In this document: in pieces, positions 9,289-19,816 of the stretch
How the letters are laid out: the number at the start of each line of letters is the position of its first letter
How positions within the stretch are numbered: the stretch's first letter is position 1
From: Candidatus Arcticimaribacter sp.
GTDB taxonomy: Bacteria > Bacteroidota > Bacteroidia > Flavobacteriales > Flavobacteriaceae
Assembly: GCA_042096495.1 (NCBI GenBank)
Contig: JBELLO010000001.1
Location: 1-57,111 of the forward strand
Direction of reading: 5' to 3'
Length of the DNA: 57,111 nt
Program-made: the position numbers and the translations under genes
Notes under the pieces: model-generated
The model's database searches: none
What the model saw: only the letters and a program-made list of their open reading frames with translations
Told to the model about the DNA's origin: nothing

Positions 9289-9954
9289 TTATCTTAGTGT
9301 ATTGATTAAAGCTAAAGTTGCTGCAACGTCTTTTTCAAGTTTTGCATAATCTTTGCTTTCTAAGATCTCTTTTGAAATTAATTTTGATCCCATTCCAACA
9401 CAGGTTACTCCTGCATCAAACCAACCTTTTAGGTTAGATTCTTCTGTAGAAACGCCTCCTGTTGGCATAATCGAAGTCCATGGTTGTGGCCCTTTTATAG
9501 CCTTCACAAAACCAGGTCCATAGGTACTCCCAGGGAATAACTTGACTAGTTCGCAGCCCATTTCTTCTGCTGTTGCAATCTCTGTCAAAGATCCACAGCC
9601 TGGTGACCATAATACTTTGCGACGATTACAAACAACAGCGATGTCTTCTCTAAATACTGGAGTGACAACAAAATTTGCCCCCGCTAGCATATATTGAGAA
9701 GCCGAAGCTGCATCTGTAACAGAGCCTACTCCTAGCATCATCCCAGGAAGTTCGGCGATCGCATACTTGATCAAATCTGTAAAAATCTCAATAGCAAAGT
9801 CACCGCGATTGGTAAACTCCATTAAGCGAGCTCCACCATCATAACAGGCTTTTAATACTGCCTTTGCTACATTTATATCTGGGTGGTAAAATAAAGGAAC
9901 CATACCTGATTCCTTCATTTGTTGTACCACTTCTATTCTTGAATATTGTGCCAT
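9289..9954 (-). CDS. kdgA: KDPG/KHG aldolase
   Basis: EFTNRG, GVGSV, VKLFPG and MPTGGV motifs. Start moved to ATG 9954 (MAQYSR) to avoid overlap with kdgK. Confidence 0.93.
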   Translation of the reverse strand: MAQYSRIEVVQQMKESGMVPLFYHPDINVAKAVLKACYDGGARLMEFTNRGDFAIEIFTDLIKYAIAELPGMMLGVGSVTDAASASQYMLAGANFVVTPVFREDIAVVCNRRKVLWSPGCGSLTEIATAEEMGCELVKLFPGSTYGPGFVKAIKGPQPWTSIMPTGGVSTEESNLKGWFDAGVTCVGMGSKLISKEILESKDYAKLEKDVAATLALINTLR

Positions 9955-9961
9955 AATAGTT

Positions 9962-11002
9962 TTATCTAGCAACACGCCCTGAGGCGTCTCCACTCATTAA
10001 TTTTTCTATTTCTGGAATGGTCACTAAGTTCGCATCTCCTTTGATCGTATGCTTTAAACAAGAGGCTGCTACTGCATAGTCTAAGGCTCGCTGATCGTCT
10101 TCTGGGTAATGAATTAGTCCATAAATCAAAGCACCCATAAAAGAATCTCCTCCTCCTACTCTATCGACAATATGCGTAATTTGATATTGTGCACTTTCAT
10201 ACATGGTTTCTCCATCGTATAAAACTCCTGCCCAAGTGTTGTGTGAAGCTGATATCGATCCACGAAGGGTGGTGATAATCTTCTTGGCTCTAGGGAACTT
10301 CGCTTGCATTTGTTCGCAAACTGAACGGAAAGCTTCTGCTTTTACATGCTCTCCTTGTGTGGTGATATCTAAACCTTCTGGCTTAATCCCAAAGTGCATC
10401 TCTGCATCTTCTTCGTTTCCTAAGATAATATCACAGTAAGACGTTAATTCTGTCATGATCTTTTCACGATCCCCGTCATACTTCCACAATTTAGCACGGT
10501 AATTTAAATCTGTTGAAATAGTAATTCCCATTGAGCTCGCCACGCGAACCGCTTCTAAACAAGCATCTGCTGCAGATTGAGAAATCGCAGGGGTAATCCC
10601 TGTCCAGTGGAACCACTGTGCATCTTTAAATACCTCGCTCCAATCAACCATTCCTGGTTCAATTTCTGACATGGCAGAGTGTGCACGGTCATAAACTACT
10701 TTACTCCCACGGCTAACCGCTCCTGTTTCAAGGAAATAGATCCCTAAACGATCTCCCCCCTCAACAACATACTGTGTTCCTACATTGCGTTTACGCATTT
10801 CCATTAAGGCACATTGTCCTATATCAGATTTAGGTAAACGAGTAACAAATTCTACGGGTAAACCATAGTTGGCTAATGATACCGCTACATTGGATTCTCC
10901 TCCACCGTAAACAATATCAAAGCTATTGGCTTGTGAAAAGCGTAAAAATCCTGGAGGTGCTAGACGCAACATGATTTCTCCAAAAGTCACTACTTTTTTC
11001 AT
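9962..11002 (-). CDS. kdgK: 2-keto-3-deoxygluconate kinase (PfkB family)
   Basis: FGEIMLRL, GGGESNVA, DLNYR and DRVGGGDSF motifs. Confidence 0.93.
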   Translation of the reverse strand: MKKVVTFGEIMLRLAPPGFLRFSQANSFDIVYGGGESNVAVSLANYGLPVEFVTRLPKSDIGQCALMEMRKRNVGTQYVVEGGDRLGIYFLETGAVSRGSKVVYDRAHSAMSEIEPGMVDWSEVFKDAQWFHWTGITPAISQSAADACLEAVRVASSMGITISTDLNYRAKLWKYDGDREKIMTELTSYCDIILGNEEDAEMHFGIKPEGLDITTQGEHVKAEAFRSVCEQMQAKFPRAKKIITTLRGSISASHNTWAGVLYDGETMYESAQYQITHIVDRVGGGDSFMGALIYGLIHYPEDDQRALDYAVAASCLKHTIKGDANLVTIPEIEKLMSGDASGRVAR

Positions 11003-11033
11003 AACTAAATTAATTTTATTATTTTTTCAAAAA

Positions 11034-11795
11034 TTAGATTCCCAATGCTTGACCACCACCAATCTGGATGGTCTCTGCAGTGATAAATGACGCATCTGCA
11101 CTTGCCAAGAAAGATACTACATTCGCCACCTCTTGTGGTTGACCTAAACGGCCTAACATAATGTTGTTCTTCCATGAAGCAAATACTTCTGGCTTAGTTG
11201 ACTTGATTTGCGCATGAAAAGGCGTATCAATCGTTCCAGGTGATACAGCATTCACACGAATGTTATATTCTGCTAAGTCTTTGGCTAAAGCACGGGTAAT
11301 GGCATGAACTCCTGCTTTTGAAGTTCCATAGATCCCTGCTCCTGGGCCACCTGCGTTCCATCCTGCATTTGAGGTATAGTTGATGATTGTTGGATGATCA
11401 CCTTTCTTTAAAAATGGAATCGCAGCGCGGGATGCAAAAAACGTTGAGTCTAAGTTTAACGCCATTACCTTGCGGTAGAAATCTGTCGTCATTTCTTCAA
11501 AACGCTGACGGCCTCCTAGACCTCCGGCGTTGTTCACTAAAACGTCAATCTTTCCATACTTCTCTCCGATCGCTTGAATACTGCTATTCACTGCGTCTTC
11601 ATTGGTTACATCAAAACCTACATACTCCGCGTTAATGCCCTCTGCTTGTAGTTCTGCGGCTTTCTTTGCGCCTTCGGCGTCTTCGATGCCATTTAATACA
11701 ACCGTAAAGCCATCTTGACCTAAACGTTTGGCGACTTCAAATCCAATTCCACTGGTTGCACCTGTGACAATGGCTACTTTATTCTCTGTACTCAT
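11034..11795 (-). CDS. SDR oxidoreductase, probable DEH (4-deoxy-L-erythro-5-hexoseulose uronate) reductase
   Basis: TGATSGIG, NNAGG, YGTSK and PGTIDTPFH motifs; sits between the MFS gene and kdgK as in flavobacterial alginate loci. Confidence 0.8.
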   Translation of the reverse strand: MSTENKVAIVTGATSGIGFEVAKRLGQDGFTVVLNGIEDAEGAKKAAELQAEGINAEYVGFDVTNEDAVNSSIQAIGEKYGKIDVLVNNAGGLGGRQRFEEMTTDFYRKVMALNLDSTFFASRAAIPFLKKGDHPTIINYTSNAGWNAGGPGAGIYGTSKAGVHAITRALAKDLAEYNIRVNAVSPGTIDTPFHAQIKSTKPEVFASWKNNIMLGRLGQPQEVANVVSFLASADASFITAETIQIGGGQALGI

Positions 11796-11823
11796 AATTT
11801 AGTATTCGTTATTTTAAAATTTC

Positions 11824-13113
11824 TTAATTGTTGTGATTGGGTTCTATGACAAGCTTTACCTTATTTATCAATATAAATATTGCAAATACCGCTAGAACTA
11901 CCGAGACTGTAATGGCAATAAATGCTGGAGTATATGAGCCTCCTGCGGTAATCTTACCGATAAACCAGTTCATGATAATCGGTGAAAATGCCGCTACTGT
12001 TCCTGCTAATCCAGCTAATGTCCCTACTGAAGGGCCTCTAAATAAATCACTCGATAATGTTTGGATATTACCGATCGCAAATTGGAAGCCAAATAGGGCG
12101 ATCCCTGCTAGATAGATAAAGGTCATATAGTTAGAATCATTCACAAATAATATGATGCCTACAAAGCCCATTATAATCAGTAAACTCCCTAGTACAATAC
12201 TCGCTTTCCTTCCGGTATCAACAGAGGTTCTTTTGATAATCGCTTCTGTAAATAGGCCTCCTAGTATTCCTCCTGCTGCTGCCATTAAATAGGAAATCCA
12301 CATCGTGTTCCCTATTTCTTCAATACTTAAATTGAATTTTGAATTTAAATAAATGGGCATCCAGCCTGCAAAGAACCACCAGATGGGTTCGATGAAAAAA
12401 CGGCACAGTAGAACTCCCCAAGGTTGTTTAAAACTCAAGATCTTTTGGATGCTTAAACTTTGGGCATCTTTGTCTTCTACAATATTATTTTCGATTCTAT
12501 CGTCTAGGATTAACTTGCGCTCTTCGTCTGTGATCCATGGGTGGTCTTCGGGTTTAGCTTTATTGACGATATACCATGGAATAACCCATAGTAATCCTAC
12601 TGCTCCTAATATGATATAGGTGGATTTCCATCCAAATTGAGCATAGAGATAAACAATAATTACCGGAGCAATTACATTACCGATCGATGCACCTGAGTTA
12701 AAGATCCCTTGGGCTAAAGCACGTTGCTTTACCGGAAACCACTCTCCATTGCTCTTTACTGCTCCTGGCCATAGGCCCGCTTCTCCTAAACCTAACAAAC
12801 CACGAACAACAGACAAACTAATTACTCCTCTTGCAACAGCGTGAAATGCTGCAGCAACTGACCAGACCACGATAGAGGCAATAAAACCTATACGGGTTCC
12901 TATCTTGTCGTATAAGCGTCCTGATAAAAACTTACTCGCCGCATAAGTGACCATAAAAATGTTAAGCATTAGGGCATAATCAGAATTATCCATCCCTAAG
13001 TCTTCTCCCATTTGTGGCCATAGCAAAGCAAAAGCAGTACGATCAATATAATTGATAACTGTGGCGACAAAAATCAATCCTATTATCCACCATCTTAATC
13101 CGTTAATTTTCAT
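11824..13113 (-). CDS. MFS hexuronate transporter (ExuT-like)
   Basis: LRWWII..INYIDR, GLGEAG and EWFP..RALAQGIFNSG motifs; about 12 TM segments. Confidence 0.88.
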   Translation of the reverse strand: MKINGLRWWIIGLIFVATVINYIDRTAFALLWPQMGEDLGMDNSDYALMLNIFMVTYAASKFLSGRLYDKIGTRIGFIASIVVWSVAAAFHAVARGVISLSVVRGLLGLGEAGLWPGAVKSNGEWFPVKQRALAQGIFNSGASIGNVIAPVIIVYLYAQFGWKSTYIILGAVGLLWVIPWYIVNKAKPEDHPWITDEERKLILDDRIENNIVEDKDAQSLSIQKILSFKQPWGVLLCRFFIEPIWWFFAGWMPIYLNSKFNLSIEEIGNTMWISYLMAAAGGILGGLFTEAIIKRTSVDTGRKASIVLGSLLIIMGFVGIILFVNDSNYMTFIYLAGIALFGFQFAIGNIQTLSSDLFRGPSVGTLAGLAGTVAAFSPIIMNWFIGKITAGGSYTPAFIAITVSVVLAVFAIFILINKVKLVIEPNHNN

Positions 13114-13194
13114 AATTCAATTTAATTTATATCCATTAGATTTAATGGATAAAAGTTTATTTCGCCCTCCTAAAGAAAAAGGAAAAGGCAGGTA

Positions 13195-13887
13195 CTATTC
13201 AATATTATAACAGTACTGATAAAGATCTTTAAAATGCTTCTTCATCGCAATTTTTGCTTGCTCTGGATCTTGATCACGAATGGCATCAACAATTTCTTTA
13301 TGTTCTTCAATTCCTTTAAAAGCAGTGTCTTTATCACAGACATGGTGCTTTTCAAAATTGGTGATGATCTCTGGAGTGATTTTTAACATAAAAGTGTTGA
13401 GGGTAGGATTAGCACTTGCTTTAGCAATCGCTAAATGAAACAATAAATCTTCTTGAACTGCATCTTCTCCTCTGATGACTTTATCAGAATAATCTGCAAG
13501 GGTGTTTTCAAGGTGGATTAAATCGTCTGCTGTTCTTCTAATAGCTGCCAGTTTTACCCCTTTTAACTCTAAAAAGATCCGTGCTTCAACAAGGTCTTTG
13601 AAAGATGGTACAGCTAATCCTAAGATATCATCAATCATCCCATTCATGGCAGTAATTCCAATATCTGCAACAAAAGTTCCACTTTGTGGAATGGATTTCA
13701 CTAAACCATAGAATTCAAGGGTTTGCAACGCTTCGCGTAAATTAGAACGAGAGACACCAAATTTTTCGGCCAACATGCGTTCAGATGGAAGCTTATCTCC
13801 TGGCTCGAAATTCTTAAAATTAATGAGTTCTTTCAAATTTAAAATAATCTGTTTTTGAACTTCCTCTATTTGACTATCAATCAACAT
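13195..13887 (-). CDS. GntR/FadR-family repressor (AusR-like alginate regulator)
   Basis: PGDKLPSER..FGVSR..LREAL wHTH plus FCD domain (DLLFHLAIA, EH..I..AI). Confidence 0.9.
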   Translation of the reverse strand: MLIDSQIEEVQKQIILNLKELINFKNFEPGDKLPSERMLAEKFGVSRSNLREALQTLEFYGLVKSIPQSGTFVADIGITAMNGMIDDILGLAVPSFKDLVEARIFLELKGVKLAAIRRTADDLIHLENTLADYSDKVIRGEDAVQEDLLFHLAIAKASANPTLNTFMLKITPEIITNFEKHHVCDKDTAFKGIEEHKEIVDAIRDQDPEQAKIAMKKHFKDLYQYCYNIE

Positions 13888-14118
13888 ATACTTTCTTATT
13901 GGTTTAGTAAAAACTAAACAAAACTAAACTTTTTTTTATGATATAATTTATGTAACACTTAGGTAATTAAATATTTACTTAAACAAAAACATCCATTTAT
14001 AGTTCAATCTACAATTGCTGGAGGTTTTAACAAAAATTTGATGCCCAACAAGCAATAAACTCACATTTGTTAGATCGAAACTAGACATTTAAAAGCTAGC
14101 ACATTTAGCTAAGTAGAA

Positions 14119-14150
14119 GACGCTCCGGTAGATTTCACTACAGGAGCGTC
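14119..14150 (-). terminator. GC-rich hairpin, probable terminator of the susC-susD-PKD transcript
   Basis: GACGCTCC..GTAG-loop-CTAC..GGAGCGTC, followed by TTCTACTT on the minus strand. Confidence 0.55.
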
Positions 14151-14292
14151 ATATAGACTACTAGATTCAAGATACATTTTGTATTAAACGTGGCTATTTT
14201 GTACTTATCTTCTTAACTTCTTATGCATAAAAGTAATTAGCTAAAAGATAGAGTTAACCAAGATTGAATCTTCAATAATTAACTAAAATGAC

Positions 14293-15231
14293 TTATTCTG
14301 CTGGATAGATTTTTACATTATCAACATAAGCATCTTCTGAAGTAACCGCATAAATCCAAATGGTTACTAAACCAGAAGCTGGAGCTGTAAATTGCTCTCT
14401 TACTAAGGTAAAGTTTCCTTTTCCTAACGCTGCATCACCAGTATGCTTAACGATTGGATTTGTATCTGCACTTACCTCAGCATCATTTGCATCTGCAAAA
14501 TGACCATCAAGAACAGAAACTACTACTCTGTCCCCACCAGTAACATCATCACGATCATTTTTAATTGCATAACTGTACTCGATGATGTACTCACGTTCAC
14601 CAGAAATGGTTACAGCTTGAGTCGCAAAACGAGAACTTGCACTTCTTAAATGACCTGCTGAAGTTGAATTAGTCCACTTCGCCCCTCTCGTTTTAGAATC
14701 TGCTGGAGTTCCGTCGTATAACATAGGCTCACCATCTGAACTACCGTTGTAAGGATTGTTTGTTGTTCCATCAGAGAAAGAGGCACGCCATGCGTCATAG
14801 CTTGAATCTTCAAAGTCTCCATTTTCAATGGTTGGAGCAACCGCCGGTGGAATTGGTGGTTCTTCTACATTGATTTCTTTAGAGAAAGAATTTGATGCAT
14901 CTAAATTATCAGATGCAACAAGGGTTACTGTATAACGTCCAATAGCAGGAAATTCGTGTGTTGGCTCTGCTTCTGTTGAAGTAGTGTTATCACCAAAGTC
15001 CCATGCATAAGTGGTTGCACTTTTAGACGTATTAGAGAAACTATATATTAAAAAGTTTTCACTTTCTGTCGCAGAAAAGCTCGCGCTAGGGGGAGTTAAA
15101 TCTGGTAAAGAACCAGCTTCTGGAAGCTCTAGCTCTTCCACACAGCCTACTGTTGTTAACAATAGTGCTGATAAAACAAGACCAAAAAAGGAACGTGTTT
15201 TTTTCATTGTGATTAATTGTGTGTTTTTCAT
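14293..15231 (-). CDS. PKD-domain surface lipoprotein with a CBM-like C-terminal domain (SusE-like position)
   Basis: Lipobox TTVGC, YAWDFGD and Y.VTL PKD motifs, NGDFE. Alternative start at 15207. Confidence 0.85.
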   Translation of the reverse strand: MKNTQLITMKKTRSFFGLVLSALLLTTVGCVEELELPEAGSLPDLTPPSASFSATESENFLIYSFSNTSKSATTYAWDFGDNTTSTEAEPTHEFPAIGRYTVTLVASDNLDASNSFSKEINVEEPPIPPAVAPTIENGDFEDSSYDAWRASFSDGTTNNPYNGSSDGEPMLYDGTPADSKTRGAKWTNSTSAGHLRSASSRFATQAVTISGEREYIIEYSYAIKNDRDDVTGGDRVVVSVLDGHFADANDAEVSADTNPIVKHTGDAALGKGNFTLVREQFTAPASGLVTIWIYAVTSEDAYVDNVKIYPAE

Positions 15232-15247
15232 ATTGTATTGTTTTTAA

Positions 15248-15275
15248 CGTGAACTAAACTTTCGTCTAGTTCACG
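15248..15275 (-). promoter_or_regulatory. Intra-operon stem-loop with a GAAA tetraloop
   Basis: Minus strand CGTGAACTAGAC-GAAA-GTTTAGTTCACG with no following U tract. Confidence 0.6.
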
Positions 15276-15296
15276 CTTTATTAACTAAGAATGAAA

Positions 15297-16703
15297 TTAA
15301 TATCCAGGGTTTTGTGATAACGCCCCTTTACTCAACCCTATTTCCACTTGTGGGATAGGGAGTAATAAATCTGTCGATGCAAAACCATATCCATTTGCTG
15401 CAGAGAAGGCAGAAAGCACATCTTGTGCTACCCCCATTCGCATTAAATCAAATAAACGGTGATTTTCAAAGGCTAATTCAACACGTCTTTCGTTTAATAA
15501 CATGTCTTTTGTTACCTCTGTTACTGCATCTGTTAATCCAGCACGGTTACGCACCGCTTGGAATGATGCTAAAGCAGCTCCATCTGTTGTTGCGTTGCCT
15601 CCAGCAAGGATTGACTCAACATGCATTAATAACACATCTGCAAATCGCAATACGATCCAGTCATTTCCTGCTTTAGTAGGATCAGATGCATATACTGGTC
15701 CTAGTTCTCCATTAGGGAAGTACTTTGCTACTTGATATTCTGTTGCTTGACTTTCATCCTGACGGAAAGAAACCGCTGTACGATTACCACCATAAGTATC
15801 AAAAGCAGTACGAACGTCTTGAGTAACATAGTTTACTCCAGAAGTTCTACCAACGGCGTTTAACCATTCTGCAGAAAAGTTTTGACTATCTATTCCACCC
15901 GTTTCATAACCAATGGCAAAGATCGTTTCACTGTTATTTTCATTATAGAAAACATCGTGGAAGTTACCTTCTAAAGAATAGTTTCCAGAGGATACAACAC
16001 TTTCTAATAATGATCTCGCTTCAGCATAGTTACCACGGGTTAACTCTACTTTCGCTAAAAGCGCTTGTGCAGCAGCTTTAGAAGCACGCGTTCTGTAAGT
16101 GTTCGTTAAACCAGCGATAGCTGTGTTTAAATCTGACTGAATCAAATCATAGATATCACCACTAGGAGTCCTAGTATAAGCTGCATCTGTGTCTGCTGGT
16201 CCAGTTAAAGAAGTGATTAAAGGAATATCTCCATATAATCTTACTAAATTAAAGTAAGCATATGCGCGAACAAATTTAGCTTCAGCTTCAAACTGTGCAG
16301 CAGAAGTACCTGCAGCTTCTAAATTAGCTAATACTAGGTTCGCTCTAAAGATCACATTGTAAAAGCTTCTGTAATAGTCAGCAACAATACCGTTAGTCGC
16401 TTCAACAGAATAACTTTCAAATTGTGCTGCTTCTCCTTCTTGTGCTTTTGTACGGGTGTTATCACTGCGCATCTCTGTTAAGTAAAACTCAACTTGAGTT
16501 GAATGATTGTCCCCAGCACTAGTCGAGTTTGCACCTTGCAAACCGTCATACATATTTACAACAGCTGTTTCTAACTCTGTTGCATTGTTGTAATAGCTTC
16601 CTCCGTTAATCGCCGAAGTTAAAGCTGGCTCTAAAAAATCGTCTTCACAGGAAGTAATTAACGCTCCCACAAAAAACAATGCTAAATATTTTAAATGTTT
16701 CAT
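15297..16703 (-). CDS. susD: SusD/RagB-family glycan-binding lipoprotein
   Basis: Lipobox ITSC; EAKFVRAYAYFNLVRLYG, LRFADVLL and ERRVELAFE motifs. Confidence 0.93.
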   Translation of the reverse strand: MKHLKYLALFFVGALITSCEDDFLEPALTSAINGGSYYNNATELETAVVNMYDGLQGANSTSAGDNHSTQVEFYLTEMRSDNTRTKAQEGEAAQFESYSVEATNGIVADYYRSFYNVIFRANLVLANLEAAGTSAAQFEAEAKFVRAYAYFNLVRLYGDIPLITSLTGPADTDAAYTRTPSGDIYDLIQSDLNTAIAGLTNTYRTRASKAAAQALLAKVELTRGNYAEARSLLESVVSSGNYSLEGNFHDVFYNENNSETIFAIGYETGGIDSQNFSAEWLNAVGRTSGVNYVTQDVRTAFDTYGGNRTAVSFRQDESQATEYQVAKYFPNGELGPVYASDPTKAGNDWIVLRFADVLLMHVESILAGGNATTDGAALASFQAVRNRAGLTDAVTEVTKDMLLNERRVELAFENHRLFDLMRMGVAQDVLSAFSAANGYGFASTDLLLPIPQVEIGLSKGALSQNPGY

Positions 16704-16726
16704 AATATATGTTTTTTGTTTATGGA

Positions 16727-19700
16727 TTAAAATTCAACGTTTAATCCTAATGAAATGGTACTAAATATTGGCGATCCAGCACGTTGATATCCCCATGTAG
16801 TTGGAGAAGTGTTGTTGATCGACTCTGGGTTAAATCCAGTGTAATCATCTGCCGTTTTGTAAAGCAAGTTTTGCCCTGAAATGTAAATACGTGCAGAAGA
16901 TAGATTAATGTTATTTAAAAGATTCTCATCAAATCTATACCCAATGTTTACGTTTCTTAAAGAAATGTAAGAAGCGTCTTGTACGATATCGTTTGTAAAA
17001 ATCTTTTGCTTGATAAAACCTTGATTAGGAGTCGTAGCTGTATTGAAATCTTGACCAGAGTTAAACTGGTTGAACAAGTATTGGTCTCCCATGTTTCTAA
17101 CTTGTGCACCAAGACTTGCTTGTACCATAAAGCTTAAATCAAAGTTACCGTACTTGAATTCATTTGCAAAACTCCATACAACGTCAGCATAAGGATCCCC
17201 AAGGATCGTCTTATCATCATCGTCAATTAAACCATCTCCATTTAAATCTTTTACATAAACATCTTGTGCTTCTGCTCCGATTGGGTGGAAAGGCTCTTTA
17301 ATGTACTCTAAAGGAATGTCCTCGTCAACAACCCATCCATAGAAAGAAGAAATTGGTTGACCTACTTGGTTGATCCATTCTGCAGCACGCTTAGAGTCTA
17401 CATTTTGAATCTGACCATCTGCCTCTCCAAAGCTTACTAACTCATTATCGTTAGAAGAGATTAAGAAAGTAGAATTCCAAGAGAAGTTTTCTGTTGTTAC
17501 ATTCTTCGTACGTAATTCAACTTCGATACCACTGTTTTTAACTTCTCCAAGGTTTACAATTGCATTAGTAAATCCAGTTGTAGAAGAAATTGGGTTGTTA
17601 ATCAATAATTGATCACTAGTACGCTCATAGTATTCAACAGAACCGGTAATACGGTTGTTAAATAAACCGAAATCAACTCCAGGGTTCATTTCAATAGAAC
17701 GCTCCCACTGTAATCCAGTGTTAGCAATGTTGATTGGGTTAAAGGCTGTCGCTAATGCGCCGTCTACTACCGCAGTAGAAGATTGTAATAATGACAAATA
17801 TGGGAAGTTGTTCACCAATACATCTCCTACATTAAAGAACGGGTTTCCAGAAACACCATAACTAAAACGCAGTTTTAATTGGTTTACAACACTATTTCCA
17901 CTTAAAAAATCTTCGTTAGAAACAATCCAACCAACAGATGCTGCAGGGAAGTCTCCATATTTAGAATCAGGTCCAAAAGCAGAGTATCCATCACGACGGA
18001 AGCTAATTGAAGCTAAGTACTTGTTTTCGTAAACATAGTTCACACGAGAGATATAAGAAATCAATCGCTGTGCATAGTCATAAGAGTCTGCAGTAACCGT
18101 TGTAGGATCTGCAGCCCCGATATTTTGCAATAGGTCTGAAGTATAACCTTGACCAGAAGCTGACTCAAATTCAGTGTCCCACTTTTCAGCAGAGAAACCT
18201 AAGATAGCATCTAACTCATGACCATTGTTTTCGAAATGATATGAGAAGAAGTTATCTGACACAAAGTGAATTCTAGTTTGGTTAGATACATCATATTGTG
18301 CATTTGAAGCACCATTTCTATGTGCTTGAACACCTTGCCAACGATCGCGTTTTGTGTGTTGGAAGTCCCCTAAAAGAGTCGTCTTAAAGTTTAAGCCTTT
18401 AGCGATTTTATACTTCGCATAAACACTACCGTATAACTTGAATTTGTAATCGTTACGATCACGCTCAATTACTTTTGCAGCAGGGTTAGTATTTGAAGTG
18501 TTAGAGATATCTTGTCCACTTGAAACCGCTACATTATTTGTTAAATCCCAGTCGTCAAACATACGTTGGATAGCATAGTCTCCTACTTGAGCATAAGCAT
18601 ACTTTCCACCATCGCGAACGCGGTTTACATGTTGAATGGTGTTTTCATCTAAGTACGTTGGTAACCATGGGGTTTGACGTAAAATATCATGGGTAGAACC
18701 ATCAAAACGTCTTCTATTTGAATAAGAAGGACTTAAATTAACTCCCATAGAAAACTTGTCGTTTAATTTAGTGTCAATTTTAAGCTTAAGATTATACTTC
18801 TTAAAGTCGTCTGTTAAAAGTACCCCTTCATCATGTACATAGTTTAAAGCAGTACTGTACTTTGTTTTCTTATTTCCACCACGAACGGCAAAAGAGTGAG
18901 AAGTAATTACCCCCCCGTCAAAAATGACATCTTGCCAATCACGATCAACTCCGATTTGAAGTTTACGCAGTGTTCTGTTAGAGATGTTTCCTTCTCCCCC
19001 AGTAGATGGGTGGCTAGACGCTCTTTCTCTGGCAGCAGAATCTGCTAAAGAAAAATAGTAAGCATCACTTTGGCGAGCCTCTTTAAAACCTGTATAAGTA
19101 TTGTAAGAGAATTTAGTTTTTCCTTCTTCTCCTTCTTTGGTGGTAATTAAGATCACCCCGTTAGCTCCACGAGAACCATAGATTGCGGCAGAGGCAGCAT
19201 CTTTTAAGATCTCGAAAGAAGCAACATCGTTCATGTCTAAGTTCCCTAAATAGTCGTTGTCAACTAAAAGACCATCTACTACAATAGCAGGATCAGAAAC
19301 CCCAGTAATAGAACCTGTACCACGAATACGAATGGTAGGAGCAGAACCAGCTTCCCCTTCGGTAGCGGCGATGTTTACCCCAGATACTTGACCAACTAAA
19401 GCGTCGTCTACACGAGACACAGCGATTTGATCGAGTTTTTCGTTGGTTACCTTAGAAATTGAACCAGTAAGGTTAGATTTTCTTTGCGTACCATACCCCG
19501 TTACAACAATCTCGTCTAGTTCTTGAAGATCTTGTTCTAAAGATGCGTTAATACTGTCTTGTCCTGTAAAAGGAATGACTTGCGTTTTATACCCAATGTA
19601 GGAGATTTCTACATTTTGGCCATTCTCAACCTCGATAGAGAAATTCCCATCAAAGTCAGAGGTTGTTCCATTGTTTGTGCCTTGAACAAGCACTGTAGCT

Positions 19701-19816
19701 CCAGGGATTGGTTGCCCGTCTGAACCAACAATAGTTCCACTTAATTGTGTTTGTGCGTAAGTCAAGAGCATACCACAGAACACAAAAAATAGCGTTAGTT
19801 GCGATTTAATTTTCAT
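16727..19816 (-). CDS. susC: SusC/RagA TonB-dependent transporter
   Basis: CarboxypepD-like N-terminus, LDEIVVTGYG, LKDAASAAIYGSRGANGVILITTK and C-terminal Phe. Confidence 0.95.
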   Translation of the reverse strand: MKIKSQLTLFFVFCGMLLTYAQTQLSGTIVGSDGQPIPGATVLVQGTNNGTTSDFDGNFSIEVENGQNVEISYIGYKTQVIPFTGQDSINASLEQDLQELDEIVVTGYGTQRKSNLTGSISKVTNEKLDQIAVSRVDDALVGQVSGVNIAATEGEAGSAPTIRIRGTGSITGVSDPAIVVDGLLVDNDYLGNLDMNDVASFEILKDAASAAIYGSRGANGVILITTKEGEEGKTKFSYNTYTGFKEARQSDAYYFSLADSAARERASSHPSTGGEGNISNRTLRKLQIGVDRDWQDVIFDGGVITSHSFAVRGGNKKTKYSTALNYVHDEGVLLTDDFKKYNLKLKIDTKLNDKFSMGVNLSPSYSNRRRFDGSTHDILRQTPWLPTYLDENTIQHVNRVRDGGKYAYAQVGDYAIQRMFDDWDLTNNVAVSSGQDISNTSNTNPAAKVIERDRNDYKFKLYGSVYAKYKIAKGLNFKTTLLGDFQHTKRDRWQGVQAHRNGASNAQYDVSNQTRIHFVSDNFFSYHFENNGHELDAILGFSAEKWDTEFESASGQGYTSDLLQNIGAADPTTVTADSYDYAQRLISYISRVNYVYENKYLASISFRRDGYSAFGPDSKYGDFPAASVGWIVSNEDFLSGNSVVNQLKLRFSYGVSGNPFFNVGDVLVNNFPYLSLLQSSTAVVDGALATAFNPINIANTGLQWERSIEMNPGVDFGLFNNRITGSVEYYERTSDQLLINNPISSTTGFTNAIVNLGEVKNSGIEVELRTKNVTTENFSWNSTFLISSNDNELVSFGEADGQIQNVDSKRAAEWINQVGQPISSFYGWVVDEDIPLEYIKEPFHPIGAEAQDVYVKDLNGDGLIDDDDKTILGDPYADVVWSFANEFKYGNFDLSFMVQASLGAQVRNMGDQYLFNQFNSGQDFNTATTPNQGFIKQKIFTNDIVQDASYISLRNVNIGYRFDENLLNNINLSSARIYISGQNLLYKTADDYTGFNPESINNTSPTTWGYQRAGSPIFSTISLGLNVEF

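Noticed and set aside
13130-13151. TATCCATTA/TAATGGATA inverted repeat before the MFS gene as a second operator type
   Set aside because: It is a single AT-rich occurrence that does not match the TGG-N4-CCA box and could simply be a weak mRNA hairpin.
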